Counted from the first letter of the stretch, positions 20,583 to 30,139 are shown. The stretch: 64,000 nucleotides of DNA from Longimicrobiales bacterium (GCA_965248195.1 CBDFIQ010000002.1:672001-736000), one strand, 5' to 3'. The notes: generated by a model from the letters alone, not told the origin. Numbers and translations are program-made.

Positions 20583-21547
20583 GGTGGGCCCTGAGGTCGG
20601 GTCACCCACGACTCGATTCGCCGAACGAACGAGTCCGGCTCGTCCTCGAAGAGTCGAGCACTCAGCGCCGCCGCTTCCGATCCGAGCCCCGATTTCATTT
20701 CCTCCACATGGGCAGTCAGTGACGCTCGCTCGTTATCGTCCAGAATGTTGGCGGAGGCCGCGAATGCCGAGAGCGTGGCCAGGTCGTTTCTGTCGCCGAG
20801 GAGATCGGTGAGATGGTGGAGATCCCTCACCAACCGGCCGAGTTTGGGATGGCCGGTGTCCAGGAACTCGAGCTGATAGCGTAGATCCTTGACGCGCTTT
20901 CGGAGCTTGTGGGATCGCTCGTCTACCGGCGCTTCACCGGCCGCCGAATCGGAACGTGCCCGAGCGGACTCGTACGAAGCACCGAGACCGAGCCGTAGGA
21001 GCTCCATGCCGCCCGACGCCGTTGGCTCGTGGCCGGCCGTGGGTTGGGGTGCCCGGGGCTCCCGGATTTCCACTGCGACCGACCTCAGCAGTTCATCGGC
21101 CACGCGGAGTGGCCCCTCGGCTGAGGCCGACTCGGCGAAGCGCCGCCGCCACCCCTCTTCCAGAGACTCGAGCAGATGTAGGGGGACCACGTTCGGCTCA
21201 GAGGGCCGGAACTCGGCGCGGATGTCTTCGGCGGTCAGGACCACTATGTCGGCGTCCCGAAGCACCGCGAGGGCACGACTCGCATCGCGTAACGTGCAGT
21301 CGGTGTGCGAGTCGCTGGGCCACGGGTCGGCCAGCCTGAGGAGTGCTCGCGTGCGCTTGATCGCCAGGCGCGCCTCGTGCACCGAAGACGCCAGATCTGT
21401 CTCCGCCTCCAAAGCCTCCCTCGCCCGCCCCAGTTGGGCGGAGATCGCACGAGACAACTCGCCGCGGGCGTCCTCGCTGCTCTCAGTGTTCCAGTTCATT
21501 TCGACGAGTTCGTGATGAAGATGGTCTGGGGGCGATGGCCGAGACAC
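20573..21547 (-). CDS. CHAD domain protein (polyphosphate-binding)
   Basis: VHEARLAIKRTRALLRL, LRDAD, HKLRKRVKDLRYQLE, LGDRND; start uncertain. Confidence 0.88.
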   Translation of the reverse strand: MSRPSPPDHLHHELVEMNWNTESSEDARGELSRAISAQLGRAREALEAETDLASSVHEARLAIKRTRALLRLADPWPSDSHTDCTLRDASRALAVLRDADIVVLTAEDIRAEFRPSEPNVVPLHLLESLEEGWRRRFAESASAEGPLRVADELLRSVAVEIREPRAPQPTAGHEPTASGGMELLRLGLGASYESARARSDSAAGEAPVDERSHKLRKRVKDLRYQLEFLDTGHPKLGRLVRDLHHLTDLLGDRNDLATLSAFAASANILDDNERASLTAHVEEMKSGLGSEAAALSARLFEDEPDSFVRRIESWVTRPQGPPQG

Positions 21548-21616
21548 TTCTGGGCCACCGCACTATCATATTACACTAGCGGACCGCGAGCAGCGGTGGC
21601 GAAACGGGGGAAGGTA

Positions 21617-22222
21617 ATGGCTAAAGGATTGTGGGTCGGCATCGCACTCGGCGTTTTCGGCCTCGGAGCTGCGCGCTTCCTGGGGGTCCCTCCCCCCGAG
21701 GCGACCCACTTCCATGCCAATTGGGCCATTTACATCGATGGCGACCGCTTGGATCTCTCGGACCAGCGATACATGGAAGAGGTTTCGAGTTGTTATACGG
21801 TCGATGGCGAGGTGACCCCCCAATCACGTGTCCACATGCACGAGGGCAACCACGGCGTGGTCCACGTCCACCATCTCGGAGCGACCTGGGGGCACCTCGC
21901 GGGCAACCTCGGGATCGGACTCGGCGAGGGTTACCTGATCCTGGATGACGGCACCCGGATCTTCGATGGGGAGGACGGCCGCTTTACGTACATCCTGAAT
22001 GGCCGAGCGCTCACCTCGGTCCACAATCAACTGATCGCCTCCGAGGACCGCCTCCTCATCAGCTACGGTTTCGAGTCCCTGGATGCATTGGGGGAGGGGA
22101 GGTTCGGTCGGGTCGCGACGACCGCCGGTGAGTACAACATGCGCGAAGACCCAGCCACCTGCTCGGGCTCGAGTGATCCGCTCGGATGGTGGGGGCGGCT
22201 CAAATTGGCGTTCTGGGGGTGA
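21617..22222 (+). CDS. Membrane-anchored His-rich hypothetical protein
   Basis: N-terminal TM helix; HFHA and HMHEGNHGVVHVHH motifs; two Cys. Confidence 0.7.
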   Translation: MAKGLWVGIALGVFGLGAARFLGVPPPEATHFHANWAIYIDGDRLDLSDQRYMEEVSSCYTVDGEVTPQSRVHMHEGNHGVVHVHHLGATWGHLAGNLGIGLGEGYLILDDGTRIFDGEDGRFTYILNGRALTSVHNQLIASEDRLLISYGFESLDALGEGRFGRVATTAGEYNMREDPATCSGSSDPLGWWGRLKLAFWG

Positions 22223-22250
22223 CCGTGAAGGCTGTTGAAGAAGCAGCCGT

Positions 22251-24377
22251 CTAATCCGGGGACCGATCCTTCACCCCACTCCCCCGGCCTGAAAGACTTG
22301 GACTGGCCATGAAGTAGCGGTGCGCTCCGAACGGCTCGATGCCGGCCTGGGCCCTCTCGTAGGTTCGATCCGGCTGGAGGTACCAGCATTGTAGGTTGTC
22401 CCGGAGGGTCGCTACCATGATCTCATTCAGGATCTGGCGGTGAACGGTGGGATTCTCGATCGGAACCAGGTGCTCGATCCTGCGATCGAGGTTGCGAGGC
22501 ATCCAGTCGGCGGACGAGAGGTAGACCTTCGCCTCGGGTGAGGGCAGCGGATGGCCCGCGCCGAAGCAAACGATGCGGCTATGCTCCAAGAAGCGTCCGA
22601 CCACGCTCTTGACCGTGATGTTCTCCGATAGCCCCGGAATACCCGGGCGGAGGCAGCAGATCCCTCTCACCACCAGACTGATCCGGACGCCCGCCCCGGA
22701 AGCCCTATATAGGGCGTCGATGACTTTGCCGTCCACGAGCGCGTTGAGTTTGGCCCAGATGGTCGCCGGTCGCCCGGCCTCGGCATGCTCGATTTCGTCG
22801 TCGATGAGTTGGATCAGGGTATCCCGAAGATGGAAGGGAGCAACGACCAACTTGTCCAGGCCCTCGGGCTCGCCGTACCCGGTTGTGAAATTGAAGACAC
22901 GGGCCGCGTCTCGGCACAGCTGCTCGTCGCAAGTGAAGTAAGAAAGGTCAGTGTACACCAAAGCGTTTTTCGTGTGATAATTCCCGGTGCCGAAGTGTGC
23001 ATAGGAGCGTAGCGTGCCCCCTTCGCGCCGAACGACCAAGGACATCTTGGCGTGTATCTTCAGGTCGATCACGCCGTACACGACGTGGACCCCAGCCGCT
23101 TCCATCTTGCGCGCCAGCCGGATATTCGCCTCCTCGTCGAAACGGGCCTTCAGTTCGACCAACGCGGTCACGTTTTTCCCGGACTCTGCGGCTTCGATCA
23201 AATCCCGGACGATCGGGGAGTCGTCACTCGTGCGATACAAAGTCTGTTTGATGGCCACGACATCCGGATCACGAGCCGCTTGGCGAACAAACTTGATGAC
23301 CACATCGAAGCTCTCGTACGGATGATGAACCAGCAGATCCTTCGCTCGAATGGCAGCGAAGTGATCGCCATCGAAGTCTCGGATGCGCTCGGGGAACCGC
23401 GGCGTGAAGGGTTCGAACAGGAGGTCCGGGCGTTCCGATACGATCAACTCGCTCAGATCGCCGATGCCCAGCAGGCTACTTGCCTGGAAGACGTTCTCCT
23501 CCTGGATATTCAACTCCTCGATGATGGAGTCCCTCATCTCCTTGGACATGAACGACGATACGCGGAGGGACATCGCCGACCCTCTTCTCCGGCGTTTGAC
23601 GAGGGATTCGAACTCGAGAAGCAGATCCTCCGCCTTTTCTTCGATTTCCACATCCGAGTCGCGGAGGATTCTGAAATGCTCGGCCTCTTCGACCTCGAAA
23701 CCAGGGAAGAGCGAGTCGAGGTGCTGACAGATCACATCTTCGACCTTCACGAAGGTGGGCTTCTTCGGCCTGCCCGGTAGGCGGATGAAGCGTGGCATCT
23801 GATTCGGCAAGGGCAGGAGGGCCGACATCGAGACGCCGTCGTGGACCCGCCGCAGCGAAAGCGCCAAACTCGTTCCGCCGTTCGGGATGAACGGGAATGG
23901 GTGGGCCGGGTCGGCAGCCAGCGGCGTCAAGACAGGAAAAATTTCGTGCGTGAAGTGATCGTCGAGCCAGAGCTGTGCCTTCTCGTCGAGGTCCGATGGG
24001 TGGACCACCGCGATCCCATGGTCGGCCAGCTCTGCCCTCAGCACCTGCCACGTCTCTTGTTGCCGGACCATGAGTTTGATCGCACGACTGTTGACCTGAG
24101 CGAACTGCCGGGTCGGCGTTCGACCATCCTGGCTGAGCGACCTTACACCGGCTCGCACTTGGGCTCGCAGGCCGGCCACCCGGACGATAAAGAATTCGTC
24201 CAGGTTGGTCCCGGAGATGGAAAGGAACCGAAGACGCTCGAGGACCGGGTGGTTCTCATTCATCGCCTCTTCGAGCACCCGCTCGTTGAAGGCCAACCAG
24301 GATAGCTCCCGGTTGATGAATCGCTTCCGGGACCGTAGCCCGATCGCGGTGAGATCTTGCTTGACGGCTTTCGCCAC
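22251..24377 (-). CDS. ppk1: Polyphosphate kinase 1
   Basis: NRELSWLAFNERVL, NLDEFF, HPFP, HHPYESF, KQTLYRT, ELKARFDEE, KIHAK, GTGNY, RFLEHSR, SADWMPRNL. Confidence 0.97.
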   Translation of the reverse strand: MAKAVKQDLTAIGLRSRKRFINRELSWLAFNERVLEEAMNENHPVLERLRFLSISGTNLDEFFIVRVAGLRAQVRAGVRSLSQDGRTPTRQFAQVNSRAIKLMVRQQETWQVLRAELADHGIAVVHPSDLDEKAQLWLDDHFTHEIFPVLTPLAADPAHPFPFIPNGGTSLALSLRRVHDGVSMSALLPLPNQMPRFIRLPGRPKKPTFVKVEDVICQHLDSLFPGFEVEEAEHFRILRDSDVEIEEKAEDLLLEFESLVKRRRRGSAMSLRVSSFMSKEMRDSIIEELNIQEENVFQASSLLGIGDLSELIVSERPDLLFEPFTPRFPERIRDFDGDHFAAIRAKDLLVHHPYESFDVVIKFVRQAARDPDVVAIKQTLYRTSDDSPIVRDLIEAAESGKNVTALVELKARFDEEANIRLARKMEAAGVHVVYGVIDLKIHAKMSLVVRREGGTLRSYAHFGTGNYHTKNALVYTDLSYFTCDEQLCRDAARVFNFTTGYGEPEGLDKLVVAPFHLRDTLIQLIDDEIEHAEAGRPATIWAKLNALVDGKVIDALYRASGAGVRISLVVRGICCLRPGIPGLSENITVKSVVGRFLEHSRIVCFGAGHPLPSPEAKVYLSSADWMPRNLDRRIEHLVPIENPTVHRQILNEIMVATLRDNLQCWYLQPDRTYERAQAGIEPFGAHRYFMASPSLSGRGSGVKDRSPD

Positions 24378-24480
24378 GTATCAGCCCCTGCGTCCGAAGG
24401 GATGTCGCCCCGGAGGACAACTCCCGTATACTACCACGATTCCCGTCAAATGTCTTAAGAATCGTGATAGGGTAATGATC

Positions 24481-24996
24481 ATGAAGACCATTTACGTGCT
24501 TCGCCACGCAAAATCGTCCTGGGCGGACGGCTCACTCCCCGACCATGACCGCCCGCTCAACGAAAGGGGCCGAGCTGCCGCTCCCCGAGTCGGCGCACAT
24601 ATGCAGGAGGCGGGTTATCTGCCTGATCTGGTCCTTTGCTCCACGGCCACGAGGACGAGGCGGACGTTGGATGCCGTGCTTTCCGAACTGGAGGTGGCGC
24701 CTGCCATCGAGTTCCAGGAGGAACTCTACTTGGCGGCTCCGAGTGAGATGCTCGATCTGGTCAGGTCGGTGCCCGATACGGTGGAGTCGATACTTCTGGT
24801 GGGCCACAACCCCGGCACGGGGATGCTGGCCGCTGCCCTCTCAGGCGATGGCCCACCAGAGAATGTTCACCTCATGAGGACCAAGTTCCCAACCGCGGGA
24901 CTGGCAATTATCGAGCTGAGCGTCGATCGTTGGAAAGACGTCGAAAGCGGATGCGGAACCCTGAAAGAGTTCGTACGGCCGCGGGATCTGCCTTGA
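24481..24996 (+). CDS. sixA: SixA-like phosphohistidine phosphatase
   Basis: LRHAKSSW, DHDRPLNERG, LVGHNP, FPTAGL. Confidence 0.85.
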   Translation: MKTIYVLRHAKSSWADGSLPDHDRPLNERGRAAAPRVGAHMQEAGYLPDLVLCSTATRTRRTLDAVLSELEVAPAIEFQEELYLAAPSEMLDLVRSVPDTVESILLVGHNPGTGMLAAALSGDGPPENVHLMRTKFPTAGLAIIELSVDRWKDVESGCGTLKEFVRPRDLP

Positions 24997-25048
24997 CCCT
25001 GCACCTCCGCCCCGCCGATCTACGAGGTGAATGCGTTGGAGGTGTACC

Positions 25049-25288
25049 ATGTACAAGACGATATCAATGGCCGCATTGGCGGCGCTGACCATTCTTTCCG
25101 TCGGTTGCTACGGCAGTGGCGACTCAAGCGCCAGTAGCGCTGCCGACACCCTGACACGCCGGCAGAAGAACGAGATCATATCGACGCTTCCGATCCCGGG
25201 AGCGCGCGGGGTGGGCCGCGCACTGGACGTCAGCGATCGGCTCGCCGATCGCGCCCAAGCCCACGATTCTCTAGCGGGAGCGCGGTAG
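25049..25288 (+). CDS. Small hypothetical lipoprotein
   Basis: GGAGGT RBS, signal peptide with SVGC lipobox. Confidence 0.7.
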   Translation: MYKTISMAALAALTILSVGCYGSGDSSASSAADTLTRRQKNEIISTLPIPGARGVGRALDVSDRLADRAQAHDSLAGAR

Positions 25289-25334
25289 GAGCACGGGTAG
25301 AACCCGCGGTAGGAGCGCGGTAGGAGCGCGGCGG
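25278..25334 (+). repeat. Five degenerate tandem copies of an 11-12 nt unit (GAGCGCGGTAG)
   Basis: gagcgcggtag / gagcacgggtag / aacccgcggtag / gagcgcggtag / gagcgcggcgg; the first copy contains the stop codon of the upstream gene. Confidence 0.8.
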
Positions 25335-25347
25335 TCAAACACCCGGC

Positions 25348-25803
25348 TCAGTGGCTCAAAGTGTATACGTAGGCCGCCACCGACCGGACTTGGGCTTCTG
25401 TGATAGCCGCTCCACCCCTCGGAGGCATGATGGCCCCCAGCGGGTTCGTGGCCTCGGCAGCCGTGACTCCCTCCAAGATCTGAGCAACGAGCTGCTCGTA
25501 CTCACCGTCGCCGATGAGCCACTCAGCGTCGGTGAGGTCGGGTCCGATGGCCCCGGTGGCGTCCGGGGCATGGCACGCCGCACAGATGCCGGCGCCCGCA
25601 TAGATCTGCTGGCCCTCTTGGACCATCGCATCGGTAAATAGCGCTGCACCATCAGCGCCAGCGGGGGGTCGAGATGGGGCGGCCCCAAGATCGTCCGCTA
25701 CGTCGACGTCTCCCGTACCCGCGCGGCCGGAGCACCCCACCGAATAGGAAATCGCGAAGAAAGCCAGAACGAGTCTGGCAGACACGAAGGCAGTACGCTT
25801 CAT
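25348..25803 (-). CDS. Monoheme c-type cytochrome lipoprotein
   Basis: SVGC lipobox, CAACH, GPDLTD, distal Met in MPPRGG. Confidence 0.9.
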   Translation of the reverse strand: MKRTAFVSARLVLAFFAISYSVGCSGRAGTGDVDVADDLGAAPSRPPAGADGAALFTDAMVQEGQQIYAGAGICAACHAPDATGAIGPDLTDAEWLIGDGEYEQLVAQILEGVTAAEATNPLGAIMPPRGGAAITEAQVRSVAAYVYTLSH

Positions 25804-26014
25804 ATCCGTCCCCTACACTAGTATGTGGCGTCTCAGGTCAGACCGAGAACATCTCGGCCGGCCACCGCCAATCCAATTCCGTTAGAAAGTAAGGGCACGT
25901 GAGCCCAAGCCCAAGACCCGAGTAGGGCGCGTGCCTTGGCCCATGCCGAAACAGGACTGTACGGCGCTTCGGCGTCCGTTGTCGGGGCGGAACGGACCGC
26001 TTAGGTTCGAACCG

Positions 26015-26034
26015 GTGTCCCAACATAGTGACAC
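26015..26034. promoter_or_regulatory. Candidate enhancer-binding-protein site
   Basis: GTGTC-N10-GACAC palindrome about 75-90 bp upstream of the -24 element. Confidence 0.45.
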
Positions 26035-26104
26035 ACTCTGTCCCCATACGGTGCCGGAGCCGGGCGAGTGGCGGAGAATTCGGCCGGAAACATCCATCCT
26101 GAGT

Positions 26105-26121
26105 CCGGCATACCTCTTGCG
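26105..26121 (+). promoter_or_regulatory. Candidate sigma-54 (-24/-12) promoter
   Basis: cCGGCATACCTCTTGCg has the exact GG-N10-GC spacing with TTGC; about 55 bp before the TTG start. Confidence 0.6.
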
Positions 26122-26176
26122 ATACCGGCAGCTGTGGCTAGTGTCGCACCTGGCATGAAAAACTGGGAGGGGCCTC

Positions 26177-26932
26177 TTGATCGGTCACTGGCGTCGAGTT
26201 CGAGCGACAATTTTTTTGCTCACGGCCGCTTTTCCTCTTCTCCCTTCCCCCACCACGGCTCAGGCGAGTGGTCAGGGCTTTCTCTTCAAGCAGCCGACGG
26301 TTCAGGTGGGCGTCCACGGCGGGTACACTCTTGCCCGTGCCGGTGGGTCCGTGCTTGACTTTGCGCGTAGCGAGTTGACCCTGGATAAGCGCGACTTCGA
26401 CGCATCGTCCTGGGGATTCGAGTTGGCCGTGCGAGCGAAGGAGCGGCTGGACATCGCGTTTGATGTCCGGTTCTCGAGAAGCGAAGTCGGATCCGAAATG
26501 TGGGAATGGGTGGATCAGGACAACCTCCCCATCCAACAGACGACCACTTTCGTACGGGTGCCGGTAACGGTCGGCGCGAAGTTCTATCTGGGCGATCGAG
26601 GCCGGGCCATCAGCCAGTTCGTATGGATTCCCGCGAAGTTAGCTCCGTTCGTAGGGGCCGGCGGGGGATTCCTCTGGTACCGATTCGGGCAAAAGGGAGA
26701 TTTCGTCGATATTGTAACGCTCGACGTGGTCAACTTCACACTCGAATCGAGTGGTGGGACAGCCACCGGCCATGTCTTTGCAGGAGTCGACATATCGATC
26801 GGCCCACGGTTTCTGTGGACCCTGGAGGGTAGGTACGGCCTTGGTGGCGCCACCACGGGCTCCGCTTTTAATTTCGACCACTTGGATTTGAGTGGCTTGC
26901 AGGCTACGATCGGCTTAGCGGTTCGGTTCTAA
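26177..26932 (+). CDS. Outer membrane beta-barrel protein (OmpA/OmpW-like membrane domain)
   Basis: Signal peptide, alternating amphipathic strands, APFVGAGGG, C-terminal Phe (GLAVRF). Confidence 0.8.
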   Translation: MIGHWRRVRATIFLLTAAFPLLPSPTTAQASGQGFLFKQPTVQVGVHGGYTLARAGGSVLDFARSELTLDKRDFDASSWGFELAVRAKERLDIAFDVRFSRSEVGSEMWEWVDQDNLPIQQTTTFVRVPVTVGAKFYLGDRGRAISQFVWIPAKLAPFVGAGGGFLWYRFGQKGDFVDIVTLDVVNFTLESSGGTATGHVFAGVDISIGPRFLWTLEGRYGLGGATTGSAFNFDHLDLSGLQATIGLAVRF

Positions 26933-26943
26933 CCGGAAGGGGC

Positions 26944-28254
26944 ATGATGGAAAGCACATTGAACGATCCCCAGCGTAGGGTCACCCTCGGTATTCTCGTG
27001 GGTGCCTTGTTGATCATGGCGGCTCCGATGGCCGCGGCCCAGGAAGTAGACAGCCGATGGGCGCCCTGGCTCGGTTGCTGGCGGGCCGTGGACGAGATGG
27101 CCACCGCACCTATTCTGTGCGTAGTGCCGCTCGCCGGTGAGTCGGCCGTCGAGATGCTAACCATTGTCGACGGTCGAGTCGTGTCACGAGAGTCGATCTT
27201 CGCTGATGGGCAAGAACACGCGGTAAGCCGAGACGAGTGCGAGGGCTGGGAACGAGCTGAATTCTCCGGCGACTCCCACCGGATCTACATTGGATCGGAG
27301 CTGAACTGTGGCGCCGGTGCGCACAGAAGTTCGACGGGCGTGATGTCCATGGTTTCGCCGTTCGAGTGGCTGGACGTCCGGACCATCAATGTGGACGGAC
27401 AAAGTGTGCCGTGGGCGCTTCGATACCGGCTTGCGTCCCAGGCTGACTTCCAGGCGGCTGGGCAGGGGGAGCTCTTTTCAGCCCAGGGGTCCCAAGCGCG
27501 GATGGCCCGGAGGGTCGCCTCCGTTCCGATCGCTGTCGACGACGTGATCGAGGCGAACGGGAAGGTTTCCGCAGAGACCCTCCAGCTCTGGGTTGTGGAG
27601 GGGGGCGAACCCTTCGCGCTGGATGCGAGCAGGTTGATCGAAATGGCGGATGCGGGCGTTCCCCCCGGCGTGATCGACGTCGTGGTCGCGGTGTCGTACC
27701 CCGAGAAATTCGTGGTCAACGAGGGACGTACTGCGGGGCGCCGCCCGGGGGAAGCCGCACGCGGACGCCCAGGCCTCGGTTACGGTCGGAGCCTCAACCC
27801 GTTTGGAGACCCGTTTTACGATCCGTATTCACGCTATGGCTATTATTCCCGCTACGGATCTGGCTTTCGGTACGGCCTTGGCTCCTACGGCGGGTATGGA
27901 TACCCCTACGGAGGGTACGGCTACGGAGGGTACAACTACGGATTCGGCGGATACGGCGCCCCCATCATTGTCGTCGGACGACGCGGCAGTTCGGCCGACT
28001 CCGGCCCCACGCAGGGACGGGTGGTGAGGGGAGGGGGGTATACGAGCGCCAGGGGCAGCGGGGGAAGCACCGGCAGGTCGGCCCGCCCGCGCTCCTCAGG
28101 ATCCTCGCGTGGCACGGCGCCGGCTGCCCGATCCGGCCGGTCGCGCTCCTCAGGGAGCGGCGCGCGGTCCGCGGCGCCCGCTAGGGGATCTAGCGGTTCC
28201 GCACCGCGATCTACGGGCCGGACTGCCCAGCCCAGGGCCCGTCCCGGCCGTTAG
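26944..28254 (+). CDS. Secreted hypothetical protein with Gly/Tyr-rich and Arg/Ser/Gly-rich disordered tail
   Basis: Signal peptide, WAPWLGCW domain with 4 Cys, YGGYG repeats, RS-rich C-terminus. Confidence 0.75.
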   Translation: MMESTLNDPQRRVTLGILVGALLIMAAPMAAAQEVDSRWAPWLGCWRAVDEMATAPILCVVPLAGESAVEMLTIVDGRVVSRESIFADGQEHAVSRDECEGWERAEFSGDSHRIYIGSELNCGAGAHRSSTGVMSMVSPFEWLDVRTINVDGQSVPWALRYRLASQADFQAAGQGELFSAQGSQARMARRVASVPIAVDDVIEANGKVSAETLQLWVVEGGEPFALDASRLIEMADAGVPPGVIDVVVAVSYPEKFVVNEGRTAGRRPGEAARGRPGLGYGRSLNPFGDPFYDPYSRYGYYSRYGSGFRYGLGSYGGYGYPYGGYGYGGYNYGFGGYGAPIIVVGRRGSSADSGPTQGRVVRGGGYTSARGSGGSTGRSARPRSSGSSRGTAPAARSGRSRSSGSGARSAAPARGSSGSAPRSTGRTAQPRARPGR

Positions 28255-28307
28255 GCTACAGTAAGAGGGATATCCTCTGCAGCTCCTCGAATTTGCTTCC
28301 TGGTTGT

Positions 28308-28357
28308 GTCGATATATCGAATAGTATATCGTAATGGGACGATTCCGATATATCGAC
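28308..28357. promoter_or_regulatory. Candidate PadR operator array (CGATATATCG)
   Basis: TCGATATATCGA 28309-28320, partial TATATCG 28325-28331, CGATATATCG 28346-28355, in an AT-rich patch upstream of padR. Confidence 0.7.
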
Positions 28358-28445
28358 TGATCTCCTGACTGAGCCGCGAAAGCGCGACACGGCGGGGCCG
28401 TAGAAAGTGCCACGCCGGCAGGGAGGGAGAGAGGAGGAGAACGGG

Positions 28446-29129
28446 ATGTTTTGCGCGATGGATCATGGATTCGACTTCGAGTCATTCATTTTCGGACCCC
28501 ACCGCCGGCGCCGCCGGCGCAGCATGAAATGGAAGATCTTCGAGCGGGGGGATCTCAAGTTCGTGATTCTTCGACTCGTCTCCAAGCGCCCGATGCATGG
28601 GTACGAGGTGATGAAGGCCCTCGAGGAGGAGTCGAAAGGGTATTACAGGCCGAGCCCGGGATCCGTATATCCCACGCTGCAGATGCTGGAAGACGAAGGA
28701 TACGTGACGGTCGAGGAGCAGGAGGGAAAGAAGATCTACACCATCACCGATGAGGGGGTGGCGTATCTCGGTGAAAACGAAGATGTCGTGGACGAAGTGT
28801 TCGACCGTGTCGAGCACTTCACGGACCGCTTCTTCGGTGGCGACATGCGCGCACTTTCGCGCTCGTTTTCGAAGCTCGCTCAGCTCACGTTCGATCAGGC
28901 GTTCCAGTGGGGCGCCGAACCGGAAGACCTCGCCCGGATGAATGAAATACTCGAGAAGGCAGTCGAGGATATGAGAGCGACCCGGAAGGGGGCGCGGAAG
29001 CGCCGGAGGAGCCGGCGAAGCGAACGGAGCGCCAGCCCCGGCGAAAGTAAGACAAGGCGCAGCAGCGAGGCGGAAGAGGGCGGAGAGGGGATAGGTAGGG
29101 AGGACGGGGAGCGGGCGGAGGAGGAATAG
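28446..29129 (+). CDS. PadR family transcriptional regulator (YqjI-like)
   Basis: RGDLKFVIL, MHGYEVMK, PSPGSVYPTLQMLEDEG, KKIYTITDEG; GAGGAG RBS. Confidence 0.93.
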   Translation: MFCAMDHGFDFESFIFGPHRRRRRRSMKWKIFERGDLKFVILRLVSKRPMHGYEVMKALEEESKGYYRPSPGSVYPTLQMLEDEGYVTVEEQEGKKIYTITDEGVAYLGENEDVVDEVFDRVEHFTDRFFGGDMRALSRSFSKLAQLTFDQAFQWGAEPEDLARMNEILEKAVEDMRATRKGARKRRRSRRSERSASPGESKTRRSSEAEEGGEGIGREDGERAEEE

Positions 29130-29141
29130 GCCCGGGCCCGG

Positions 29142-30053
29142 TCAGGCTTTCCGCCGGGCTTCGATGCCCTCTTCCAGTTCTTCGAGCGTAGCCGGCCAGT
29201 CCTCGCGGAGGAGCTTGGAGAGCGCCCGGTCCTTGAGGAGTTTGCCTCCGGTCTGGCAGCCGGGGCAGTAGTTGGTCTCGCGCTCGCCGTACACGATGCG
29301 CTGGATTGGCGCATCGCACTGGGGGCATGGTTGACCGAACTTCCCGTGCGCCATCATCGCTTCGTGAAACGCTGTGATCTTCTCGGGAAACTCGGCTCCG
29401 AAATCCTTACGAAGCCGCTCCACCCACTCCGACAGGGAGCGGCGGGTCGACTCGAAGAGTCGCTGGAGCTCGTCCTGGTCGAGTTGTCGGGTCCGCCTCA
29501 CTGGCGAGAGCCGTGCATCGAGCAGGATCTCGTCGGAGTGCGCGTTTCCGATGCCGCTGAGAATTCTCGGGTCCGTGAGGGCCCGCTTCAAAGTGCGGTT
29601 CTCCCTCCACAGAGCCTCCCGGAACGCGTGGAAGTCCACCTCCAGCGGCTCGACGCCACCCGGATCGAGCGCCGCCAGAGATTCCTCACCGCGGATCACG
29701 TGGAGCGACGCCCTCTTGTGTGTGCTCGCTTCCGTCAGCAGGAGGGTTCCGTTGGGAAAATCGAACGCCGCGTGACCCCGCTTCTTGGGGATGGTGGCCC
29801 CCCTCTCCCTCCACCACAGGCGGCCGGCGATCATGAGGTGGATGACCGCGAAAAATTCCTCCTCAAACTCGAAGACGATGCGTTTGCCCATCCGGCGCAC
29901 GGCGGTCAGGCGCCGACCTTCCAGCTCCGAGGCCCTCGGATCGAAGGTCCTCAACAGCGAAGGAGTACGAACGCGCACGGTCTCGACGACTTGCCCGAGA
30001 ACGCGTTGCTCGAGCGCACGAACGTACGCGGTGATCTCCGGGAGTTCTGGCAC
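29142..30053 (-). CDS. Fpg/Nei family DNA glycosylase
   Basis: N-terminal PELPE, HLMIAG, H2TH SGIGNAHSDEIL, C4 zinc finger CPQC...YCPGCQ. Confidence 0.92.
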   Translation of the reverse strand: MPELPEITAYVRALEQRVLGQVVETVRVRTPSLLRTFDPRASELEGRRLTAVRRMGKRIVFEFEEEFFAVIHLMIAGRLWWRERGATIPKKRGHAAFDFPNGTLLLTEASTHKRASLHVIRGEESLAALDPGGVEPLEVDFHAFREALWRENRTLKRALTDPRILSGIGNAHSDEILLDARLSPVRRTRQLDQDELQRLFESTRRSLSEWVERLRKDFGAEFPEKITAFHEAMMAHGKFGQPCPQCDAPIQRIVYGERETNYCPGCQTGGKLLKDRALSKLLREDWPATLEELEEGIEARRKA

Positions 30054-30109
30054 AGGGTCTCTATCTTGGAGTGAGGATCTGACGCGCCCCTGACGCGCCA
30101 GATTCGGAT

Positions 30110-30128
30110 ATAGAACTGGAAGTTCTAT
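30110..30128. promoter_or_regulatory. Palindromic operator candidate ATAGAACT-GGA-AGTTCTAT
   Basis: Perfect 8-bp inverted repeat 57 bp upstream of the glycosylase start. Confidence 0.4.
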
Positions 30129-30139
30129 GCTGCAACCAT

